From a virus: a DNA stretch of 64,000 bases. Positions 27,537 to 35,730 of this stretch are shown piece by piece (positions within the stretch are counted from its first letter, which is position 1; every line of letters begins with the position of its first letter). Location: positions 1-64,000 of the IMG/VR virus record IMGVR_UViG_3300045988_130225; one strand, written 5' to 3'. Made by a program: the position numbers and the translations under genes. The notes beneath the pieces were generated by a model. It was not told the origin of the DNA. It did no database searches and saw only the letters and a program-made list of their open reading frames with translations.

Positions 27537-27626
27537 TTAATCAAGTTATCGTTTTTAATGTCGTAATCTTCCTAACTCTTTGTTACTAACTGATACCATG
27601 TAATTTAATTATGACATTCCGTATAA

Positions 27627-27652
27627 TAAAAAAAGGGCTGTTTAAGCCCTCT
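27627..27652 (-). terminator. Rho-independent terminator ending the lysis/late operon
   Basis: Minus strand has the AGGGCT / AGCCCT stem followed by TTTTTTT. Confidence 0.65.
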
Positions 27653-27659
27653 TAATAAT

Positions 27660-27848
27660 TTAACAAAATTTAAAAATTAGTACAAGTAAAACAATCATTA
27701 TTAATATAATTCCTATTATAGATAACAAAGCCTGTGGTTCATTTAAACCAAGGTCTACTATAAAAGCAATAAATATTACAATTAAGAAAAATATAAGTAT
27801 CACTGCCACTGCTAAGAGCATTAAACCAACGATTGATAACATACTCAA
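27660..27848 (-). CDS. Small two-TM protein, holin/antiholin candidate
   Basis: 62 aa, almost entirely hydrophobic, located downstream of the lysin. Confidence 0.5.
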   Translation of the reverse strand: MSMLSIVGLMLLAVAVILIFFLIVIFIAFIVDLGLNEPQALLSIIGIILIMIVLLVLIFKFC

Positions 27849-27915
27849 AAGTTATTTCTCCTTTAAACCTTTATTTATTGAACCTCACACCACTAAAGTA
27901 ACGAGTGTTCTCGCC

Positions 27916-28107
27916 TTATTTAATAAAAACAGCTATAAGCATTGTCACCGTAGCAAATACTGATAAATAAGTAACAGCCTTTGCAAGTATAACAGCATAG
28001 TCATAATTACGTTTAGAAGAATTAATCATAAATATAATTACAAGTAAAATAAATGCAAATATTAAACTTAAAATAGAAATTGCCGATAAAATAGAAGCTG
28101 TACTCAT
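27916..28107 (-). CDS. Small two-TM protein, holin candidate
   Basis: 63 aa with two hydrophobic segments, directly downstream of the lysin. Confidence 0.5.
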   Translation of the reverse strand: MSTASILSAISILSLIFAFILLVIIFMINSSKRNYDYAVILAKAVTYLSVFATVTMLIAVFIK

Positions 28108-28134
28108 ATTTTTATTTTCCTTTCGCTTTTTATC

Positions 28135-29055
28135 TTAATCTTCTTTATTAGTAAGTCCACTAAATTTAAGACTTCCATCATCACTTGCGCTAAATTTAAT
28201 ATTAACGTCTGATACCATAGCACCGTTTTCATCAAGATAATACCAACTACCATTATCTTCTAACAGTCCTTTTCTCATAGCACCAGTATCATCTAAATAA
28301 TACCATTTATCATGGTACTTATACCAAGTATTAGTTAAACATGCCCCTGCACCATCAAAATAATACCAATTATCTTTATATTCAAGCCACTGATTAGAAA
28401 TCATACCACCATCACCAGACAAATAGTACCACTTTCCATCTTCATAAAACCACTGACTTGTGATTAATTTCCCCTCACCGTCCATAACATACCAACGGTT
28501 ATTATCATTAACCCATGAGTTCACTACAATAATTCCATTTCTATAATATCTCCATGAGCCGTTTACCTTAAAGAAACCGTTTTTATATTCAGTAACGGTA
28601 TTATCATATATAATATCTTTAATCTTAAATGCTTTTTTCCATGGTGTCGAATTTAAGTTACTCTGGATAACCCCGTAATTGATACCTTTTGCTTCGATTA
28701 CATGGTTACGGTCAAGTACAATGCCGATATGACCTTGTTTCCACACTGCGTAACCCAGTTTATCATCTGTTAATTTAGACGGTGGGATTTTGCTGTTACC
28801 AGTCTGTTCAAACTGTCCAGAACCACGAATGATACCAGTATACCATGAAATTAGTCCAGAACAGTCAACAGCTTCTTCACCTACCCATTGTAAAGCCTTA
28901 TTAATATAAGCTTGTGTGTAAATATTTGGATATTGCCTAGCCCATGAATAAATCTTAGTCTTAGTAAGAATCTCACCTTTAGCACCATAAACATAATGAA
29001 CGCCTATTTTACTTTTGGCAAATTCCACTAAACCTTTTGCTGTTTTATTAGCCAT
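28135..29055 (-). CDS. Endolysin: NlpC/P60 endopeptidase plus CW_binding_1 (choline-binding-type) repeats
   Basis: Catalytic AVDCSGLISW and GHIGIV. The C-terminus carries repeated W(Y)YYxxxxGxMxxxxW units. Confidence 0.9.
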   Translation of the reverse strand: MANKTAKGLVEFAKSKIGVHYVYGAKGEILTKTKIYSWARQYPNIYTQAYINKALQWVGEEAVDCSGLISWYTGIIRGSGQFEQTGNSKIPPSKLTDDKLGYAVWKQGHIGIVLDRNHVIEAKGINYGVIQSNLNSTPWKKAFKIKDIIYDNTVTEYKNGFFKVNGSWRYYRNGIIVVNSWVNDNNRWYVMDGEGKLITSQWFYEDGKWYYLSGDGGMISNQWLEYKDNWYYFDGAGACLTNTWYKYHDKWYYLDDTGAMRKGLLEDNGSWYYLDENGAMVSDVNIKFSASDDGSLKFSGLTNKED

Positions 29056-29079
29056 TATTCTACTTTCCTTTCATATAAT

Positions 29080-29136
29080 TTTAGAAAGCTATATGCTTCT
29101 ACTTACGATAATAGCACATAGCTTTCTAAAAGTCAA
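29080..29136 (-). promoter_or_regulatory. Sigma-A-type promoter embedded in a 17-bp inverted repeat, upstream of the lysin
   Basis: Minus strand reads TTGACT (29131-29136), 17-nt spacer, TATTAT (29108-29113). The spacer itself (29114-29130) is one arm of the inverted repeat; the other arm is 29080-29096 (one mismatch). Confidence 0.6.
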
Positions 29137-29153
29137 TAGATACACTTATATTT

Positions 29154-30815
29154 TTACTGATTTTTTATCCACACAAGTCTTACTTTACAGTTACAAGTCT
29201 TATCGTCACCTTGGGATTTAAGATAAATCAAAGCATTGTAAGTACCATCTGGTGTAATATCCAAAGAGCAATGACCTACAAATGGGTTAGTATCATCAAT
29301 AACCAAAGTAGCAGATATTGGAGTATAACCACTTTGCATTGCTAAATCGTAACTATACCATTGTTCCTCGCCACTTGCGATTGTCAATTCATAAGCAACA
29401 TCTGTATATTTAATAATAGAATTTACAGTATTTGCAACTTGATTTTCGTCAAAAGTCATTTTCCAAGCGTTCAAACTTTCAACGTCATGTTGGCATCTTT
29501 CAAAAGAATCCGCTAATGTTTTAAACTGGTTATAATTTACTGCGTCATTTTTCTGTTGTCCTGCCCTAATACCTCTTAAAATTACATCTTGGTTTGTATC
29601 ACCAGTATGAACACCAGTAATAACCTTTACATATTCTGGAATTTCTGTATCAGTATTAATAGAAGCTTGTGAAGTTTCTCTGATAAAATACGTGTTATTT
29701 GCACTATCATTAATTCCACCATAAATCTCTACAGCAGAAGTATTGATTAATTTATACTGTTTCATATCTAAATCTTTAGTAGGAATAAAATCAGTGGGTA
29801 AATGAGTTTCAAAATATTTTTTATTAACAGCGTCAGTATTTTGAACAGGGGTATCTACACCTCTAACAATAACTGGATTGCCGTTTTTATCTGTTAAATC
29901 CAATATACCACTTGCTTCATCACCGTTTACAGTAAGATTAATACACATATTGGCGTTATCAGCTTTTTGAATAGTGACTTGATTTTCTGTAACAGAATTT
30001 ACAATATCATCAACATATTTCTTATTAACAGCCATATTATCACCAGTAGGTTCAGCAATACCATCAATTTGAACTGGTGCAAGTGTTCCATCTTGAACAC
30101 CTTTAGGATAAGTACCAACCAGTAAATGATATTCCTCACCAGTCATAGCAGAAGTTATAAAAGGAACTAATCTACCGTCTGTTAATGATACTGGGTCAGC
30201 AAAATAAAATCTGTCCCCACTATCCATTACCATGGAATTTTTAAACACATAAGCCAAATCATTTTGACCTAAAACAAATTCTTCTTGACCACTGTCCAAA
30301 ACTGGACTATGCTCAATCCCATATTCTTTTATATTATCAGCATATTTCTTATTTACAGTATCATTATCGTTTGTTGGTGTATCAATTCCCCTAAGTTTAA
30401 TATCTTTCTTTGTCTTAGGATTAGATAATTCAACAGTAGTTCCGTTATCAATTTCACTTGTAATTTCGTGAGGAATGATACCAACATATCCAGTTTCACC
30501 TAATGTCAATTCACTTGCGTTTTCAACTTGATAACCAGACATATTTATAGCACCTTGCATAGTACCACCAGATAAAGGCAAGTAATCACCAGTAGCAGTC
30601 ATTCCACCACCCGTTGTAACAGAAGTAGCAGAACTTATCTTTTTCCATACGCCATTTTCTTTATCCCAACGGTACTCTTGCATATTGTGATCTATTTCAT
30701 AAAACACACTACCGTTAGGGATTGTATCATCAGTAGGTTTAATGTCTGTGGAAATACCATAAAATTCAGTATAGGAAAGTCCGTTAGCACCACCAACTTT
30801 ATTTACTGTTCTCAT
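29154..30815 (-). CDS. Tail fibre / receptor-binding protein B
   Basis: Its N-terminal ~60 aa are a paralog of fibre A. It contains repeated (N/D)D(T/A)VNKKY(A/V/F) motifs and sits just upstream of the lysis genes. Confidence 0.75.
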   Translation of the reverse strand: MRTVNKVGGANGLSYTEFYGISTDIKPTDDTIPNGSVFYEIDHNMQEYRWDKENGVWKKISSATSVTTGGGMTATGDYLPLSGGTMQGAINMSGYQVENASELTLGETGYVGIIPHEITSEIDNGTTVELSNPKTKKDIKLRGIDTPTNDNDTVNKKYADNIKEYGIEHSPVLDSGQEEFVLGQNDLAYVFKNSMVMDSGDRFYFADPVSLTDGRLVPFITSAMTGEEYHLLVGTYPKGVQDGTLAPVQIDGIAEPTGDNMAVNKKYVDDIVNSVTENQVTIQKADNANMCINLTVNGDEASGILDLTDKNGNPVIVRGVDTPVQNTDAVNKKYFETHLPTDFIPTKDLDMKQYKLINTSAVEIYGGINDSANNTYFIRETSQASINTDTEIPEYVKVITGVHTGDTNQDVILRGIRAGQQKNDAVNYNQFKTLADSFERCQHDVESLNAWKMTFDENQVANTVNSIIKYTDVAYELTIASGEEQWYSYDLAMQSGYTPISATLVIDDTNPFVGHCSLDITPDGTYNALIYLKSQGDDKTCNCKVRLVWIKNQ

Positions 30816-30858
30816 TATAAATCTCCTTTCAAAAAATAGAATTAATATATGTAGGCAT

Positions 30859-30888
30859 GAAAAAAGAGAGGGCTAATAGTCCTCTCTA
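30859..30888 (-). terminator. Rho-independent terminator
   Basis: Minus strand has the AGAGAGG / CCTCTCT stem followed by TTTTT. Confidence 0.6.
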
Positions 30889-30898
30889 AAGTAAAATT

Positions 30899-30965
30899 TC
30901 CTCGCCAATTTCCTCTTTATCCAAAATCCTTATCCGAAGAACTAGACACATGAGTTACTGTAGCC
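30899..30965 (-). pseudogene. Decayed fragment of the 3' part of a 33519..34079-like gene
   Basis: 30899-30922 and 30945-30965 match 33621-33645 and 33655-33675 nearly base for base. The fragment's reading frame is broken by a ~13-nt internal duplication and a stop. Confidence 0.55.
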
Positions 30966-30969
30966 ACAT

Positions 30970-31209
30970 TTAACTAACTGTTTCGGCATCCTCGGTAGGC
31001 TCGTTTGTTTTGCTGTCTTTTGCATCCAGCGCATCATAATACGCCTGTGCCAGGGCTTCAACCTCGGCAATGTCGTATTCAGTCAGCAATCCACTGTCCA
31101 GATGACTGTAAGCCTTGTCAAGCCAATAAGCCACATCTCTGCCTGCGGCAATTTCGCGCTTGATACTGCGCAATGTCAAGTCGTGCCGTGCTTTACTTTT
31201 GATAGCCAT
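30970..31209 (-). CDS. Hypothetical acidic 79-aa protein in the GC-rich patch (possible fibre chaperone or accessory protein)
   Basis: ORF immediately downstream of fibre A that shares its atypical high G+C. Confidence 0.6.
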   Translation of the reverse strand: MAIKSKARHDLTLRSIKREIAAGRDVAYWLDKAYSHLDSGLLTEYDIAEVEALAQAYYDALDAKDSKTNEPTEDAETVS

Positions 31210-31223
31210 AATGTATACCTCCT

Positions 31224-33074
31224 TTAGGTGGTAGTCATGGATGCAATGGCATCCTCAAACTTTTTGATTACAATATTCACATCACGCTGATATTCCAGCT
31301 TAACCCCTGCGCCATCGCTCGCTTGCACCACGGTGTCGGGTGCGTAAGCGGTTAGGGCTTTGTAGGCAGCAATTTCAGCAGGGGTGAGCGGAGTTTCGAT
31401 GGGGGTAGCGAGCAGTGCAATTAACGTCATTGGCGTTTGTTGTAAATACTGCTGTAACTCGTTCACAGAAGTGATGTTTTCGATGTTAATGTATAACCGC
31501 GTATCCACTATTGTGAACACATTAATCTGAGTGTGTGTACTCCCTTGTGCGCCAAGTGGCAAAGCAGAGCATAAAGCACTAGATGTTAACGTCCCGGTAT
31601 CGGCACTTAAAGTATCACCGATAATATTATGAAAACGTACCAATCCCAGCGCTACTTGTTCCATTACAAAGCCATCAGAACTGTAAAACTTATAGACGCC
31701 CACCCTCTGCACCTTCACCCCTCTCTCCAAGTCCACCTCGTCACACACCCACTGCTGTCCCTGCGGGTCAGTGTAGTTGCCGCCAGAGGTGACAGGGATG
31801 CCTGGTAAGCCGTTGGGGGTGGGTAGGGTGATGAGTCGTTCACGGTAAGGGGAGTAGGTAGTGGCGGTTGTGCCGAGTTCGAGCTGGATCTTTACGCCAG
31901 TGATGTTATATGTTTGTCCTTTAGTGACTACGAAAACAACACGATTTACCATATCAGACATTTTATTGGCAGTGTTTTGCGAAAGAACAGCTTTCCATGT
32001 TTGTGATACAAGTTTCACGAGTGGAAATGTGATGCTCGACGATAAAATCACCACGCCGGATATAATAAATGGTGAAATTTCTAACGCGGCGTAACCATTT
32101 TCAGTTGCCGTTCCAGAAATTGATATTAACCCATTTTTTGCAGTAATCGTTACACCCCTATTAGTACCTGACCCGTCTGAGATATACAGCAAGTTTTTTC
32201 CCGTCACCTTCACCGTCACACTCCCACCGTCACCTGCACTCACGATAGGCACAGGATTATCAGGGCTGGGTGTTCCGTCCTGCGTACTCTTTCCGTATAC
32301 ATTCAGGCCGCACAGTGGGGCAGCAAAAGCGTCATTACAGCTTACCGGGTTGCCTGTCTCGCTTCCAACAAGCACATTCTGGCGCTTCTGCAACGCAGTA
32401 GTATCTTCATTTAGCTGATTAGTCTTATCATCTAATTCTGTCTTAATATCATCAGCATATTTCTTAGTTACAACGTCAGTATCGTTTACAGGAGTGCTAA
32501 CGCCAGTAATAGTGCTTTTGCCATTAAATTTGACAACGCCTGTAACTGGATTGTCCTCTGTGGTTCCTGTCAAAGGTATATAATTATTACCCAGATAACG
32601 TAAATTAACCACATCGGTATCGGACAATGGGTCAGCAACGCCTGTAATTACATATTGTTTACTGGTATCATCAGAGTTAGAAAACTCTATAGCTTCATAA
32701 GAAAATGGCTCTCTTGTTTCTGGATTTGTTGTTTCAAGATGTACTAAATTTAATGCTACAGTATATTCACCAGTTTCATCTTTTAAAGTAATAGACTTAG
32801 CGTTAAGCAATGAATTACCATTCATGTTAATGTCACCAGTCATAATACCACCTGATAACGGTAAGTAATCATCACTTGGAGCAGTACCACCTCTAGTTAT
32901 TGGATACCAAATTTTGTTTTCTTTATCAAAACGGTATTCTTGCATGTTATTATCAACTTCATAAAAAGCACTACCGTTAGGAACATCTTCTGTTGGTTTT
33001 ACATCTGTGGTATTGCCGTAAAATTCTGTAAAAATTGTGCCGTTAGCACCACCAACTTTGTTTACTGTTCTCAT
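31224..33074 (-). CDS. Tail fibre / receptor-binding protein A (chimeric: AT-rich N-terminal third, GC-rich C-terminal two thirds)
   Basis: N-terminus MRTVNKVGGANG...TEFYG...NMQEYR.DKEN is shared with fibre B. DTDVV(N/T)(L/K)(R/K)Y motifs are present. Confidence 0.75.
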   Translation of the reverse strand: MRTVNKVGGANGTIFTEFYGNTTDVKPTEDVPNGSAFYEVDNNMQEYRFDKENKIWYPITRGGTAPSDDYLPLSGGIMTGDINMNGNSLLNAKSITLKDETGEYTVALNLVHLETTNPETREPFSYEAIEFSNSDDTSKQYVITGVADPLSDTDVVNLRYLGNNYIPLTGTTEDNPVTGVVKFNGKSTITGVSTPVNDTDVVTKKYADDIKTELDDKTNQLNEDTTALQKRQNVLVGSETGNPVSCNDAFAAPLCGLNVYGKSTQDGTPSPDNPVPIVSAGDGGSVTVKVTGKNLLYISDGSGTNRGVTITAKNGLISISGTATENGYAALEISPFIISGVVILSSSITFPLVKLVSQTWKAVLSQNTANKMSDMVNRVVFVVTKGQTYNITGVKIQLELGTTATTYSPYRERLITLPTPNGLPGIPVTSGGNYTDPQGQQWVCDEVDLERGVKVQRVGVYKFYSSDGFVMEQVALGLVRFHNIIGDTLSADTGTLTSSALCSALPLGAQGSTHTQINVFTIVDTRLYINIENITSVNELQQYLQQTPMTLIALLATPIETPLTPAEIAAYKALTAYAPDTVVQASDGAGVKLEYQRDVNIVIKKFEDAIASMTTT

Positions 33075-33101
33075 TTACGAACCCCTTTCTAATTTATGAT
33101 A

Positions 33102-33135
33102 ACAAAAAGAGAGGAACTATTATTAATTCCTCTCC
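33102..33135 (-). terminator. Rho-independent terminator
   Basis: Minus strand has the GAGAGGAA / TTCCTCTC stem followed by TTTTT. Confidence 0.7.
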
Positions 33136-33158
33136 ATTGTAATATATTTATTTAATTA

Positions 33159-33338
33159 TCAATCCTTAACAGGTCTTTGGGTCTGAGGTCTTACACGTTC
33201 ATCTGTTTTACCAGTTGCAGGGCCAGTTGTTACATAGGTTGTATCCTGTGCGCCCTTTGGTCTTTTAGTCTGTGCTAAATCATTTGCCATCTGTTCCTTG
33301 GTTCTATGGTCTGCATGCTTTCCAGTTGCTACTGCCAT
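33159..33338 (-). CDS. Small hydrophilic, probably disordered protein (59 aa); a moron-like unit
   Basis: The ATG at 33338 follows AAAGGAGG. Product: MAVATGKHADHRTKEQMANDLAQTKRPKGAQDTTYVTTGPATGKTDERVRPQTQRPVKD. The unit has its own promoter and terminator. Confidence 0.6.
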   Translation of the reverse strand: MAVATGKHADHRTKEQMANDLAQTKRPKGAQDTTYVTTGPATGKTDERVRPQTQRPVKD

Positions 33339-33473
33339 AATAATTACCTCCTTTAAGGTTAATATACAGAAATACATAATTTTTAAAATAGTTTTAGAAC
33401 AATTTTTATAGCACTTTATTTTTCATTTAAAACAGTAAGTCTGTAAACTTTCTATATGAATTGTTCTTTATTT

Positions 33474-33502
33474 ATAATACTACTTGTCACCTTATTTGTC
33501 AA
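33474..33502 (-). promoter_or_regulatory. Sigma-A-type promoter
   Basis: Minus strand reads TTGACA, 17-nt spacer, TATTAT. Confidence 0.7.
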
Positions 33503-33518
33503 GCGAATTTTAATCACT

Positions 33519-34079
33519 TTATGATAATTTTATCCATTTACTTGTAGTTGGAATTTCATCTTCAACACTTGTCAACATAATTCCATTATCATCATTCTCA
33601 AATGAATTAGTAACAGCCGTTTCCTCACCAATTTCCTCTTTATCCTTAGAATTGGACACATGAGTTACTACAGCCTTGTATAACTCACCGTACTCGTTAG
33701 TAACCCTATCTCCCTCTTTATATTCAACGCCCTCAGTCCATACTGGATAGAGTTCTGGAACTTCTACGGCTTGTTCGTCTGTGAAATTCTGTGCTGATAA
33801 TTTAGCTGTTTTATAAAGGGTCTTATTAATTTGTTGTAAAGTCGCAACTTGCTGTTCTTGTGTTGGAACGTAAGCAATTTCATTATCTTCTAAGTCATAA
33901 AACTTGCCGTTTTTATATTTGCAACCTATAAAACAAGGGTATTGTAAACAGTCTACTGCGATAGCTTCATTGCCGTAAGTACCTCTTGCAATCTGATTAG
34001 CAAGTTCATAATTGTCGCATACAATAATATTCTGTACAGTTTCCTCATGTACAATAGCAAAAACTTGATGTACAATCAT
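33519..34079 (-). CDS. Hypothetical tail-module protein with one CBM5/12-like segment
   Basis: 186 aa containing W..GVEYKEGDRVTNEYGELYKAV. Confidence 0.6.
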   Translation of the reverse strand: MIVHQVFAIVHEETVQNIIVCDNYELANQIARGTYGNEAIAVDCLQYPCFIGCKYKNGKFYDLEDNEIAYVPTQEQQVATLQQINKTLYKTAKLSAQNFTDEQAVEVPELYPVWTEGVEYKEGDRVTNEYGELYKAVVTHVSNSKDKEEIGEETAVTNSFENDDNGIMLTSVEDEIPTTSKWIKLS

Positions 34080-34104
34080 ATCATTTCTATCCTTTCATTC
34101 TATA

Positions 34105-34350
34105 TTAATAAGCGAAAATACTATTCACTGTTAAAGTGCCAGTTTGTTGGGCTTGTGGATTAGTGGTATAAAAAGTTGTACCAGTTAATACTTGATTTAC
34201 ATTGGCGTTACCAGTTAATTCAAGAGTTCCAATTTGTTCATCATCAGAACCTAAACCAAGAAAGATATAACCTTTCATAACTTCTGATTTGGTTGCAGTC
34301 AATTCAGAAGTATCAACGCCACCAGATATAAAATTATTAATTATAGCCAT
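34105..34350 (-). CDS. 81-aa stand-alone paralog of the N-terminal domain of the glycine-rich protein
   Basis: Shares (V/N)(M/L)KGY.F.G..SDD.Q.GTLELTGNA......G.TFY.T with residues 1-75 of 34366..35703. Confidence 0.6.
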   Translation of the reverse strand: MAIINNFISGGVDTSELTATKSEVMKGYIFLGLGSDDEQIGTLELTGNANVNQVLTGTTFYTTNPQAQQTGTLTVNSIFAY

Positions 34351-34365
34351 ATGATACTCCTTTCT

Positions 34366-35703
34366 TTATTTGAAACGGATAAGGATAATTCCAGAACCAC
34401 CAGTACCACCGTCCCTACCACTATAAGCATAGCCACCACCGCCACCACCTGCTCCACCACCAGTATTAGCAGAACCATTGCCGCCCGCACTAGCAAAAAT
34501 GTAATCTGGTTCACTAGAAGAACCTCCACTTCTATAGGTACCATTACCACCATGACCGCCACCTATAGAACCACCAGAGCCACCCCAGTTACCCGGTGTT
34601 AAAGCACCTAATCCTTGTCCACCAGAACCACCACCGCCAGAATAAACAGTACCAGAACTTTCACCAAATGGGCGAGTTGTTGTTCCTTGACCTAATCCTT
34701 GACTATTTGTGACACCAGGACTATTACCACCATTGCCACCATTACTACCGCCATTATTTCCATAAGTATATCCATACGCTGAACCACCTACTCCACCGCC
34801 ACTACCGCCACAACTAGCACGATAATATGGTGAAGTAGTTTCACCGTCACCGCCATATCCACCAGAAGCAGTACATAATGTAGTTCCGCTTCTTGTTACA
34901 GAAGTAGTGCCACCAGTACCCCCATTAGCGCCGCCACCGCCACCAATAGAGCATACTAAAGTTTGTCCAGAAGATACACTAACATTAGAAGCAGTTTTAG
35001 TGTAGCCACCACCGCCACCACCGCCACCATAAGTTGAATTTCTATCTCGACTTTCTCCATGCCCACCACCGCCACCACCACCAACACAAAATATATCAAC
35101 TTGACTATATCCACTTGGTACAGTTACATTTGTACTACTTGTAATCGTCTGTGTATATGTACTACCACTTACAATATTACCTTGTATTGGTGTTCCTATC
35201 AATTCCCCATTACTTGTCACACAATAACTATACACACTTATGTAATACCTAGTTCCAAGATTAGGAAACCCCAAAGTAACACTACTTCTACCACCACTTG
35301 TAGTATTATTTCCAGTACCTTTATAAATCTGAGTACCACCAGTCCCAGGATTTCCACTTGTGCTATATTTAACATATACACCACTATAAGGTCTACCAGT
35401 AGTTTGTATAGGGTTAGACCAAGTAACAGTAATATTTCTACCACTAGAAACAGCTAAGTTTAAATTACTTACATTACCAACTTCCATTGTGCCAGTAACC
35501 TTAATTTTAGCGTCTGTATTATAAAACGTAGCACCTTTGATAACATGACTTTCTATAGCGTTTCCAGTCAGTTCCAATGTGCCAGTTTGTATATCGTCAC
35601 TATCTTTTCCTACGAATGTATATCCTTTTAATACATTATTTGGTTCAGCAGTTGCAATATCAGAACTACCACCACCAGTAGGAAATCTATTCATAATTGA
35701 CAT
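34366..35703 (-). CDS. Glycine-rich tail/fibre-associated protein
   Basis: 445 aa: an N-terminal domain, an FN3-like segment (NITVTWSNP...YVKYS), then long poly-Gly/GGxGG tracts. Confidence 0.75.
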   Translation of the reverse strand: MSIMNRFPTGGGSSDIATAEPNNVLKGYTFVGKDSDDIQTGTLELTGNAIESHVIKGATFYNTDAKIKVTGTMEVGNVSNLNLAVSSGRNITVTWSNPIQTTGRPYSGVYVKYSTSGNPGTGGTQIYKGTGNNTTSGGRSSVTLGFPNLGTRYYISVYSYCVTSNGELIGTPIQGNIVSGSTYTQTITSSTNVTVPSGYSQVDIFCVGGGGGGGHGESRDRNSTYGGGGGGGGYTKTASNVSVSSGQTLVCSIGGGGGANGGTGGTTSVTRSGTTLCTASGGYGGDGETTSPYYRASCGGSGGGVGGSAYGYTYGNNGGSNGGNGGNSPGVTNSQGLGQGTTTRPFGESSGTVYSGGGGSGGQGLGALTPGNWGGSGGSIGGGHGGNGTYRSGGSSSEPDYIFASAGGNGSANTGGGAGGGGGGYAYSGRDGGTGGSGIILIRFK

Positions 35704-35730
35704 AAAATCACCTCTTTTTGTTAATAAAAC

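Noticed and set aside
29154-33074. A diversity-generating retroelement acting on the tail fibres.
   Set aside because: There is no reverse transcriptase ORF in the window and no template/variable repeat pair. The fibre differences are explained by domain replacement (the GC-rich patch).
34341-35457. ORFs 34341..34562(-), 34351..34602(+), 35059..35457(+) and 35238..35444(-) overlap the glycine-rich gene.
   Set aside because: They are alternative-frame or antisense readings of the repetitive GGN/CCN DNA (poly-V/T/P-like products). They have no Shine-Dalgarno and are fully nested in a well-supported CDS.
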